A DNA stretch of 59,646 bases, filler included, from Sphacelaria rigidula (Eukaryota), in the NCBI GenBank assembly GCA_964200075.2. It is 8 parts of 8 records of this genome, joined end to end, with 100 filler letters (N's around TTAATTAATTAA, not from the genome) between each part and the next. Parts side by side here need not be neighbours in the genome. Positions count along the whole stretch, not along the records: positions 7,470 to 14,838 come from CAXNAA020015224.1; positions 14,939 to 22,307 come from CAXNAA020015225.1; 6 more parts are not named here. One strand, 5' to 3'. How positions within the stretch are numbered: the stretch's first letter is position 1; every line of letters starts with the position of its first letter. Below the pieces are notes generated by a model that saw nothing but the letters and a program-made list of their open reading frames with translations, had not been told where the DNA came from and did not search any database. Position numbers and translations under genes: made by a program. Below, one piece after another: positions 12,898 through 22,407 of the stretch.

Positions 12898-13253
12898 GGC
12901 ACTTTCTACGATACCCCCATCCCCCCCCCCCAAAAAAAAAAGTGGCTGATTTAGGGAGGCAAAATCTACACGTGAATCGAGATGAAAAGAGCCGAGCACA
13001 ACGAGCTGCTGGGAATTTCCACGCTTGGGTTTGTTTTCGTCAATGTCGCCCATATGAGGCGCGTCATGCAGCCTGCACCCGAACATCAGGCGCTGTATCA
13101 CTATTTCGTTCGTGACGATCTCATTTATTTATTCATTTTTTGGGGGCGTACTCATTTGTTGCTTGCCTTAGTCGTTTGACCGTTGGCCACGCATCCCTTT
13201 CGAGACGGAACATTGGAACATTTTTTGGGGGAGGGGCTATCGTAAAAATATTC
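12898..13253 (-). mobile_element. MITE family G copy containing a nested family B insertion (13147-13212)
   Basis: TIRs GGCACTTTCTACGATA / GGGGCTATCGTAAAAATATTC; flanks AACT/AACC (3 of 4 match). Confidence 0.75.
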
Positions 13254-13444
13254 AACCAGTAGAACTTCCGACCGTCATCATTGTCCTGTCGGTCGCGTAT
13301 TCAACGTTCGTCTTGAATTTTCATTTTTTCAATCGTGTACAGTAAGTTCCTTGCTGTCGACAGCCTTGTGATCCAAGAGCTTCGTGTACACTACCGTAAG
13401 GAGCATTAGTTTTCACAACATGAACAAGTACTTTCATTTTAATG

Positions 13445-14130
13445 TGAGTAGAGTCGTGGGTTCGAATCTCGGTGCAGTCACCCGGTCTGGGGATTTTCCT
13501 CAGACAATGCCTTAACAATGGAGAGCGACTATGTTGTGGGTAGACAAAATTCGATTTCACGGTCGACGAGGCAGGGGATTTCGCGGAAACCCTCTTGCGA
13601 TAAAAAAAAGAAAGGCAAGCACCGCAGAAGGTAAGGTGAGTACGAAAATCAAATGAAAAGAAAAAAAATCGTGTGTTGCCCTTCGTCCTGTGTGACCCCG
13701 GCTGATGCGCCCACATATATCAAAAAGCGTAGACTGGCGTCCAGAATAGATGGGATGGCAACACACACATTGTAGTTGGTAACGTCAGCATCTTGGGAAG
13801 GTTGGGACGTGGGTTCGAATTTCTGCGAAGTCACATGGTCTGGAATTTTCCCCTCACATCATACCACAGTAGTGGAGTGCGACTATGTCATGGGTACGCA
13901 AAGCTCGACTTTACGGTTGACGAGGGGGAGGGAATGCTGAACCCTTCTCGCGATAAAAGAGAGGGAAACAACGCACAGGAAAGGTGAAGAACCAGGAATA
14001 TATATATATATATATATATTGAAAACATCTCCTGTGTTGACCTTCCTGCTGTGTGACCCCGGCTGATGCGCCCACAAATTCCGAAAAGTGAAGACTGGCG
14101 TGCAGAATAGATCGGTATGGCAGCCCACAC
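13445..14130 (+). mobile_element. Two head-to-tail copies of a tRNA-derived SINE-like element (~13445-13768 and ~13774-14130)
   Basis: Each starts with the B-box GGGTTCGAAT (the second copy also has an A-box-like AGTTGGTAA) and shares TGTGTGACCCCGGCTGATGCGCCCACA..AGACTGGCGT..AGAATAGAT. Confidence 0.7.
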
Positions 14131-14370
14131 AATAGGGTAGTCTACCGCAATCAGTTTCAGTATACGTATAGTTACATGAACATTTGCACTAGGGCACATA
14201 CATACACTGGCAACGAGCACGAGCACTCTACCGTTCAACACCGAACAGTTCATATGTCCGCTGAATATCGTGCATTCTGCTCCCTCCCCCCCCGCTCCTT
14301 TGCGATGGTCAATGGTAAAACGACTAACGCAAGCAACAAATGAGTACGCCCCCTCGCCCCCCCCTCCCCT

Positions 14371-14798
14371 CTTTTTGCGCGCTTGCGTTTTTCTCACGGT
14401 AATCATGATGGTGGTCGAGCTGGATCATATTGTGCGGCGTGGAAGAACCTCAATTCCGTGAAAAGGGGATGATCGTACCACGTAGTATTTAAATGGTGAG
14501 ACACCCATGAGGCCATGTGGAATCCGTGGCTGTCTCTGAAAGTCGCGATACCAGAAAATGAAGCAACTCATCGGAGGCTGTCGTCCACATGCAAGATAAC
14601 CAGTACGCTTCGGGTCGAACAATCTTCGCAGGATGTAGCTCGCCCTTCGTGCGACTCGCTGAACACATCACGGCGCTTCGCGCTTGACGCTTGATTGCGA
14701 GCCTGGTCGGCGAAAACCCGGCGTGCTCTATCCTGGCTTTGTAGGGTTGCGAGGTCAATGGCCTCATGTAGGACTACAGCATGCATGATCATGAGTAA
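14371..14798 (+). mobile_element. Poly-C-flanked repeat family A, 5'-truncated copy directly after a family B copy
   Basis: Homologous to the other A copies; C-rich runs at 14349-14369 and 14799-14815. Confidence 0.85.
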
Positions 14799-14838
14799 CC
14801 CCCCCCCCCCCCCCCGGCGCCCCGCCCGGCGTTCGCCC

Positions 14839-14938
14839 NNNNNNNNNNNNNNNNNNNNNNNNNNNNNNNNNNNNNNNNNNNNTTAATTAATTAANNNNNN
14901 NNNNNNNNNNNNNNNNNNNNNNNNNNNNNNNNNNNNNN
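14839..14938. other. Artificial contig spacer
   Basis: N44-TTAATTAATTAA-N44. Confidence 0.99.
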
Positions 14939-15544
14939 CAGTTGAGGGGGGTGTATGAGAGATTAAACACTTGTAGAGGCCTTTTTGACATGCGGAATGA
15001 AAACAAATACGTATGGTGGTGACCTAACCGTTGCTAGTGTGGCGCATAGGAGTCCGTCCATGCTGTAACCTAGAGCACACGCTGGTCGCGCGAACACCTG
15101 GGTACACTACGAGTAGCTTCCCAGAATTATTCCGATATCAGGAGGTCATGCATCTCAAGCTGGACGAGAGTACTTTACCATCAAGCACTTGCCGTTGAAT
15201 TTGAGACCCACGCCATCAACCGCCGACAGCAAAGGTGACACGCAACGCTGTCGGTAGTACGGCCGGCAGACCCGATCATAACTAGCTTTCGTTGCTACCG
15301 TACTCACTCCCGACCGGAGTTCGCAGTTCAATGTTTCCACTCGGCACGCGAAGCCCGTCAGAAAATGGAGCCAACTAAGGAACCAAAGATTATTGTGGGC
15401 CCCGTAAAGATCGGAAGATAATAATGCAGACTAAAACCAAGTATTTTTCAACCAAAAGTTTGAGGAGCCGGGTGAGAGAGAACTTCTACTGAAGAACTGT
15501 GTGGGCATGCTTCTTCATAACCAGCGCAAGAAACGACATATTGA

Positions 15545-15974
15545 AACACGAGATTTTACAAATTGGGGATGGATCCTTTATTGGGGATGAAAACCCGGAG
15601 AATTAAAATCTTCGTATCCACCAAATCCTCGAAGTATTCTTCCATTTCTTCACTTGCTGGTAGCTGTTGACAACTACTACACGCCATACAAATTTGGATT
15701 TCGATAACGGAAATGTCGAGGGCGTAGGTGAAAAAACGTTTTTGGGGGATTTTAGGTGTCCGATCGGACGCCAAAATTGGTTTTTCACTTAGGACCCTGA
15801 CGTTTCGGTTATCGAAATCCAATTTTTTATGGCGTGTAGTAGTTGTTAACAGCTACCAGGAAGTGAAGAAATGGAGGCATACTTCGAAGATTTGGGTTGG
15901 ATTCGAAGATTTCAATTCTTCGGGTTTTCATCCCCCAGTACAAGATATATCCCCAATTTGTAAAATCCCGTGTT
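15545..15974. mobile_element. Foldback/MITE with ~190-bp inverted arms
   Basis: AACACGAGATTTTACAAATTGGGG...CCCCAATTTGTAAAATCCCGTGTT; the arms pair throughout (e.g. CTGGTAGCTGTTGACAACTACTACACGCCATA with TATGGCGTGTAGTAGTTGTTAACAGCTACCAG). Confidence 0.85.
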
Positions 15975-16159
15975 CTTGGCCCCTTTTTTGTTGAATTGTC
16001 ATGATTCATATGTAAAAAAAATAGGGTGAATTATGCCGATTCCGATTCAAGACATCGCCAACGCTGGCGGTCAAAGGGTCAACTTGGAGCACGACAGCGC
16101 TCGTCGGATTTTTCGCATCAATATCGAGGGGCAAGGGGCCTCCACGTCCCGATGTTCTG

Positions 16160-16470
16160 ATGGTCTCAACTGACGCCGTTAGGGTGGAGAGTACGCCGGT
16201 TCGATTCCCGCTCCTACATGTGTTCGACCTTTTCCCTCGAGGTATCTCTTTTCGGCTGTTGGAAGCGTGAGTGACAAAATGAGTGCCACTGAGTTTGTTG
16301 AACGAGAATTGACGCGGTGCGGGAGTGCTGATCATGTCCGCAAGACCGAAGTGCAAAACGCGTACGAGGGAGAGATGAGTTGAACCCCTTGAGACTACGG
16401 CTCGTTCCGAGGAAATGAAGGGAGGGGTCAACAATGTGACGGGAAAGAAAAGGTGTAGAGATCAACTTTG
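16160..16470 (+). mobile_element. SINE-like repeat (related segments at ~39320-39555, 44812-44890 and 49925-50010)
   Basis: B-box-like GGTTCGATTCCC near the 5' end; shared 3' block GAGAGATG(A/G)GTTGA..TTGAGA..ACGG..CCGAGGAA. Confidence 0.55.
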
Positions 16471-17562
16471 ATGAAATATGTGTGTGCCCCTAGATAAAAC
16501 TATCGAGGCATTTTGTTTCTCATGCTTACATTTCGTTATTCCCAGACACTGTACTGTTCCAGAAAAGAGGCAAAAGTACCCTGGCCATCGAAGTCTCCGT
16601 GCCTTTTTACAGATACATCATATCCTTCGTATGAACATACATATTTCGTCGTTGTAAAACATGGAGTCATCAGTACGATATCCATACAATGAGCTGAATA
16701 AGAGCTAAATTCAACACAAACGGGGTGGGGAGGGGGGATGTTCACAACTTTCCGGTAGACGCCGTATTCGATGAATTCTACAAGTTCTCCGATCTACCGC
16801 AACAATACAACAGACGAAACGTTCGGGTCACTTGGCAATTGTGCTTCATGACGTCCGGGAGAGTCCACCATTGGCCGAGAAGCACCCAAAATCTCAAGAC
16901 AGCTACCATGCTCCTCCGCCTCGGTCCCTCTACAAGACTTGTACGCGGGGGCGGACAGAAGAGCAGGTGCACCCTATTTGGGGTTCATGGCTTGCCGAGA
17001 CCGCACCCACTCACAAGCGCCCTCGCGGTACGTACCACAGAGCAATAGCGGCGAAATCAACGTTACCAACTATAGTAGCTCGACAAAATGTGAGGGAAGT
17101 CCAACAACAATGTGTGTGTCATCATCCTCGCTTTAACTCGCAGTAACGACCTCCCTTGCCCCAGACCCTCTCGCTCCCGTCATGGACAAGGCCGATCAAG
17201 GAAGAAGTATTTTCCCCATCATCACAACGTTGTACACCCCGATTTTCTCGACACGATGCGAGGAGACGCGTCAAGTAGCGGCTAGCATCGCACTTAAAAA
17301 AAATCAGACAAACCAGCGCACTCGGAAGCACTCGACATATTTCCCCCCCGCTACACTCCCAGCTTCTGATGCGGGCACGAGTAAGCGCCAAGGTCGCCCC
17401 TTTCACCGACAAAGTAGCGACTGGGCTCTTGTGTCGCTGCTACGCGGTACAAGTCATTCGCGATGATCCCCCGTCAATCAACCGACCCATCAACCGACGA
17501 TCGATCGATCGACAAAAAACGGCGTAGCTCATGAACCATATTGAGCCTCATTTTTGCCCGCT

Positions 17563-18504
17563 TCATTCGATATACTCCTCGGAACTCCCTTCCTCTTCCT
17601 CGTCGCTGACCTCGCCATCGTCACTCGCTCCCTCCTCTTCCCCCGCTTCTGACGAAGACAGCGGAGGCGACGGCGATGCAAATCCCTCACCACCTTCCGG
17701 TGCGCCCAGCTCCTCTCCGAACTCTTCGAGCATGCTCTCCACCTCTTCGTCAAACTCCTCCAAGTCTTCAAGATCACCCTCGTCACCCCCACCCCCACCC
17801 ATTCCCCTCCCAACGCCACCACCATCATCATCATCGTCAAACGAAAAGTCTCCATCCTCTTCCTCAGTCTCCCCTTCTCCCCGTTCGTCAGTCTCCTGAT
17901 CCACATCCTCCCGCCCTAACTCCCCATCATCACCATAGTCATCATAATCACTTTCCTCAATCGTTCCGTGGTCATTGTCTTCGTCTGTTTCATCACTGTC
18001 CGCACTACCGCCATCTCTATCCTCGTCCCCGTCGTCCTCCTCTTCATCATCTTCAGAAGACGTCGCCCCTTCCTCGTCCCCGCGGACGTTCGCCCGCACG
18101 GCTCCAACCCTTCCCGGTCCCCGCTCCCGTCCAGCAGCAGCATTCATGGAGGTATTGGACTGTTGCCCTTTTGCCACCGCAGCTGCCCCCTCCTCCCTGA
18201 GAGCGGTTGCCTTCGCCCTTTTGTCGGCTGCCAACATCACCCCCACCGCGCTGTCGTCATCGCCAACGTCAGTCTCAGAGGCTGCGGCAGGATCGTCGGG
18301 GTCGTCAGACGGCGAATGGGTATCCTGTGATGCTTCCTCGTTGTCGATTTCATCTTCATCTTCGTCGTCGTCGTCGGCATTGAAGGGGACATCAATATTG
18401 TACTCCTTGCCGACACGGGCGTATTCTGCCTTGAGATAGGCGTTGTTCCTGAAGAGGTTGACGAGGGGCTTGGGTGCCTTCGGCAGACCTTTTAACGAGA
18501 GCAT
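17563..18504 (-). CDS. Derlin (Der1-like) gene, last exon: end of Derlin domain plus ~280-aa Asp/Glu-rich tail
   Basis: GCAG|ATG acceptor in phase 0 joins YSWQ to MLSLKGLPKAPKPLVNLF, which resembles the Derlin C-terminal LKTP..L..LF segment; the frame is open to the stop at 17563. Confidence 0.8.
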   Translation of the reverse strand: MLSLKGLPKAPKPLVNLFRNNAYLKAEYARVGKEYNIDVPFNADDDDEDEDEIDNEEASQDTHSPSDDPDDPAAASETDVGDDDSAVGVMLAADKRAKATALREEGAAAVAKGQQSNTSMNAAAGRERGPGRVGAVRANVRGDEEGATSSEDDEEEDDGDEDRDGGSADSDETDEDNDHGTIEESDYDDYGDDGELGREDVDQETDERGEGETEEEDGDFSFDDDDDGGGVGRGMGGGGGDEGDLEDLEEFDEEVESMLEEFGEELGAPEGGEGFASPSPPLSSSEAGEEEGASDDGEVSDEEEEGSSEEYIE

Positions 18505-18718
18505 CTGCGAACATGTCAACATAAAAACAGCAGGATCTCCTTTGCTCATCAACCATACGTGGTAGAAGAGGCGGAACGAGCTTAAATTTTGACCTCTTCA
18601 CAATTGATATCAAGAACGGCACCAAACCCCTCAGAGCAACAATGACATTTCAAGCTCAAGTTTGCTTCAAAAATGGGTTCTCAAAATGGGTTTACACATA
18701 TTTAACCCCTCCTCCCTC

Positions 18719-18972
18719 ATGAGCTAGTGTACCCTATGACTGTCTCTGAAAGTGGAGATACCAGAAGACAAACGCATTCGAGGTTGTCACATGCAAAATA
18801 ATTAGTACGCTTCGGGCCGAACAATCTTGACAGGATGCAGCTCACCCCTCATGCGACTCGCCGGACACATCACGGCGCTTCGCGCTTGGTGATTGATTGC
18901 AAGCCTCGTCCAGTGAAAAACTGGCGTGCACCGCCCGACTTTATAGGGATGGGAGGTCGAATGTCTCAGTAC
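18719..18972 (+). mobile_element. Poly-C-flanked repeat family A copy inside a Derlin intron
   Basis: Homologous to the A copies; C-rich on both sides. Confidence 0.8.
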
Positions 18973-19058
18973 ACCCCCCACCCCCCTCCGGCCCCTCCCT
19001 CCCTCTGGCCGCGGTTCAGCGGGTCGCTCAGCAAATGTACGGCTAGAGTATACTTCAC

Positions 19059-19190
19059 CTGCCATGAATAACCGATCAAAAGGCCGGTGATGTCCACCAG
19101 AGAAACAGCGCCCTCCGTCATATAGGTCTGCAGCACGAAGAAGTAGGGCAAGACCTCGGTCGGAAGCTCGAACATGTCCAGCACGTTCAC
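19059..19190 (-). CDS. Derlin (Der1-like) internal exon
   Basis: VNVLDMFELPTEVLPYFFVLQTYMTEGAVSLVDITGLLIGYSWQ matches Derlin TM5-6, including GxxxG; CAG acceptor, CAG|GTGAAG donor, 132 bp, phase 0/0. Confidence 0.85.
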
Positions 19191-19433
19191 CTGTATGTAA
19201 AGAAAGACAAACATATAAAATGAGCTGATATTGGCCCTGCAAGTGTCGCCGTGCTCCTCTAGGATGACACGAACAACCCAGGATACTCGGCGAATGAAAC
19301 AGTTAGAGCGACCGACCGGGCATCATTTGCTCAATTACTACAACCACAAGCAAACGAGAACCCTAAACGGCGTAGTCCAGCGTAACAATTATCGTCACAT
19401 AGTCAGTGCCAAGAGCTGCGTCTGGTCCGTCAC

Positions 19434-19545
19434 CTTGGTTCCCGCATGCTTTCGGCTCCAGACCATGACCAAAAAGCTGCCCAAGCTGTGGCCCAGCGTG
19501 TATGTAGAGTTCGCGTCGCCTATAAAGTATGTTTGGATCAAGAGA
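19434..19545 (-). CDS. Derlin (Der1-like) internal exon (upstream exons not identified)
   Basis: LLIQTYFIGDANSTYTLGHSLGSFLVMVWSRKHAGTK matches the Derlin LG....LVYVWSRRN motif; CAG acceptor and AAG|GTGACG donor. Confidence 0.85.
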
Positions 19546-20697
19546 CTGCGCGCGCCAAGATGAGAAGACGAAAGTAAGCGGCACATACATTCACCAGACG
19601 CGGGGGTGGGCGGGTGGGATGTGTTTTCAGAGTTGAGAGCATTTTTTTCTATTTCAGGGCGATCAGGGAACAAAATATCTACCCGAAAGGCGGGGCGAGC
19701 GGGCGGGTCAAACAAGGTGCTCATGTACACGAGGGGCGGTGGGGTCGGGGGTGCTATCGTTGGTGCGACGGATGGTAGCTCGTGGAGACGGTATCCGGTG
19801 TTTTTGAAATCGTCTATATACATAAACAAATAAAGCAGAGGAAGCCATAAGGTCGCACCTTGTGGGGTAGAAAAGTTATGACTCAATTTTTACATACCCC
19901 CCCCCCCCCGCGGCCGCGCCCCCTCCCCGCTGCCGACGGGCGCGCGGTCCACGGTCTCCTGACTNNNNNNNNNNTTCGTAGGGATGCGAGGTCAATGGTC
20001 TCATGACTATGGCATGCATGATCATGAGTACACCCCCTCCCCCTCCTCCCACGAGGGATGGACAAGTAACACATCACATCACACGTCTCAGTCGTGACTT
20101 CAGTGGGCCGCATATACAGTTTTTGAAATCACGATTGACTGTTCGCAAAGCACGACTGCATGTAGTGGAACGAAAAAGGCAGCGGTCACAGGCGACGACG
20201 TACGTCTACGCCCCAACCGCACATCACAGTGACAGGCTCTCTCCTAGCAAGATCAACCAATGACTCGAGCTGTAAGTCTCAACCAGCTGAGTACGGTGCG
20301 CTTCGTATGGGTCGCACGTTTATCAAAATGAAATGATACCCGATCAGCTACACCGAACGCGCGCCAAATATGACCCGCACAAGCGTCCAACACATACATT
20401 TTTTCACCAACTCTTTCTGGCAAGCACGCGGTCACCTCTCCTCCATTAACATTTAACGGACTGGTGCGTCGACGAGCAAGGCCTCATCCCCAGATCTCAT
20501 GAGCTTGTGCTGCAGTTGTCTGCGTGTGAGAGGTATTCGGTGCTCTGTTGCACGCTTTGCATGTGTTTCAGTCGCCTGTGTTATACCAGCTCCTCTTCCG
20601 CTAGACTAGCCACTGATACAGGTTGGGTCAGGGTGAGCGACCGGAATTTACTCCCCGGCGATCCTTCACGCCGTTTCACCGAGTTATACCCTGAAAG

Positions 20698-20892
20698 TTT
20701 GCACACCGGAGCTCTGAGATATCAAGAAAGGCTGTATGAATGGGGTCTGATCGATTTTTTTTCGTCCGATATCCAGGGTCCCATGAGGCGCTGTCAGGTG
20801 ACGCCTCCCGGGACCCCCGATATCTGGCGAAAACAATCGAAAGGCCCCACTCATACAGCCCATCCAAATATCTCCGAGTCCCTGTGGGCAAA
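20698..20892. repeat. Long imperfect inverted repeat (foldback)
   Basis: GGCTGTATGAATGGGG..GATATCCAGGGTCCCATGAGGCG pairs with CGCCTCCCGGGACCCCCGATATC..CCCCACTCATACAGCC. Confidence 0.7.
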
Positions 20893-21793
20893 AATTATCG
20901 GTCTATCTTAAAAAAAACGGTATAAAGGATCGCCCATATGCGCGTTGAAGTACACAAATATACGTGCGACGAAGAAAACTGTGCCGGCATCTGGGTGTCT
21001 TCACGCTGGGACCCCGGAAGCCCGTGCAGAGCGGATAAGATTTAAAATAGTATTTCACGCTTTTTTTCCCTTCAACTCGTAGCACCCATATCCACCAAAC
21101 TGCAAAGTTTGAGGATGGTCCGAAGTTTTCACCCAAAGTTACGAGGGAAAGCGTGAAGAGGCTTTCCGGGACTTCGATGCATATTATAGTATCAGTGGAG
21201 ATCCGATGACGCCAAGACCCCACTTCACCAAAACACCAGATTTTGGGGGTATACCTCGATCCTATGCTGACCGCTTTTATCTTTATTTTTCTGCGTTAAG
21301 CCTCATAGCTGATGGCGGTTGTTAAGGTTTGATACGTGATGAGATTGGAAACAAATTGAGTCGGGGAGTCACATTTTCAATATTAGAGCAATTTGAAGTC
21401 CCCTGATTGGCCGAGAAACATTTGCACTTCCAGCGCCACGGCGAAGGACGCAAGAAAAATTCTGGCCGTGCCACACTGTTCCCTTGCTCGTGAGGTGCGC
21501 TATGATACGAAATATGTTTCAGTCGGGTCAGTTTTTGCGTTCTGTATCTGGTGGGGCATGACGTTTGGGCACTCATCCTGAAGCAGCAGCTTGTAGAAGA
21601 AACGACAAAAACAACGAATCTTGAGAATCTTCAAGCACATCAGAAAAACGTTCTGTTGTCGGTAAGACTCTACATTGATTATTGTATGTGGGCAAAAAGT
21701 CACAGAGAAGGCAATCTCGATTCGATTCGGGTCGTGACTTGTTCACTTTAACATGACACAGTTTGCCTATGTGAATTGCCCCCCCTCTCCCCA

Positions 21794-22307
21794 GCCTGGT
21801 CCGGCCAGAACCCGGCGTGCTCCGTCCCGGCTTTGTAGGGGCGGACCCCCAATTGGGTTGGCGTCGGTTGGCGATGACGCTATAAAACACGCCCCTCACT
21901 GCGGAAGCTAGGCAACCAGGTTACCGTTTAATTTTGCGCACTTACGTTCTTTTTGCGGTAACCATGATGGCAGTCGAGCTAGACCAAGTTGTGCGCCGTG
22001 AGAGAATCTCAACTCCGCACAATGGGGATGATCGTACCACGTAGTGTTTATGGTGAGACACCCATGAGGCAGTGTATAACCCGTGGCCATCTCTGCAAGT
22101 CGCGATACCAGAAAATAAAGCATCTCATTGGAGGCTGTCATCCAAACGCAAGGTAATCGGTAGGCTCCGGGCCGAACAATCTTAGCAGGATTTAGCTCAC
22201 CCTAAATGCGACTTGCAGAACACACCACGGCGCTTTGCGCTTGGTGACTGAGTTCGAGCCTGGTTCGGCGAAAACCCAGCGTGCTCCGTCCCGGCTTTGT
22301 AGGGATG
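21794..22307 (+). mobile_element. Poly-C-flanked family A: short fragment (21794-21840) followed by a copy with an intact 5' end, cut by the contig end
   Basis: 5' end GGGTTGGCGTCGGTTGGC matches the 5' end of the 11546-12064 copy; each part is preceded by a C-run. Confidence 0.85.
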
Positions 22308-22407
22308 NNNNNNNNNNNNNNNNNNNNNNNNNNNNNNNNNNNNNNNNNNNNTTAATTAATTAANNNNNNNNNNNNNNNNNNNNNNNNNNNNNNNNNNNNN
22401 NNNNNNN
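22308..22407. other. Artificial contig spacer
   Basis: N44-TTAATTAATTAA-N44. Confidence 0.99.

Noticed and set aside
17531-18439. Ser-, His- and Pro-rich plus-strand ORFs
   Set aside because: Antisense shadows of the acidic Derlin exon.
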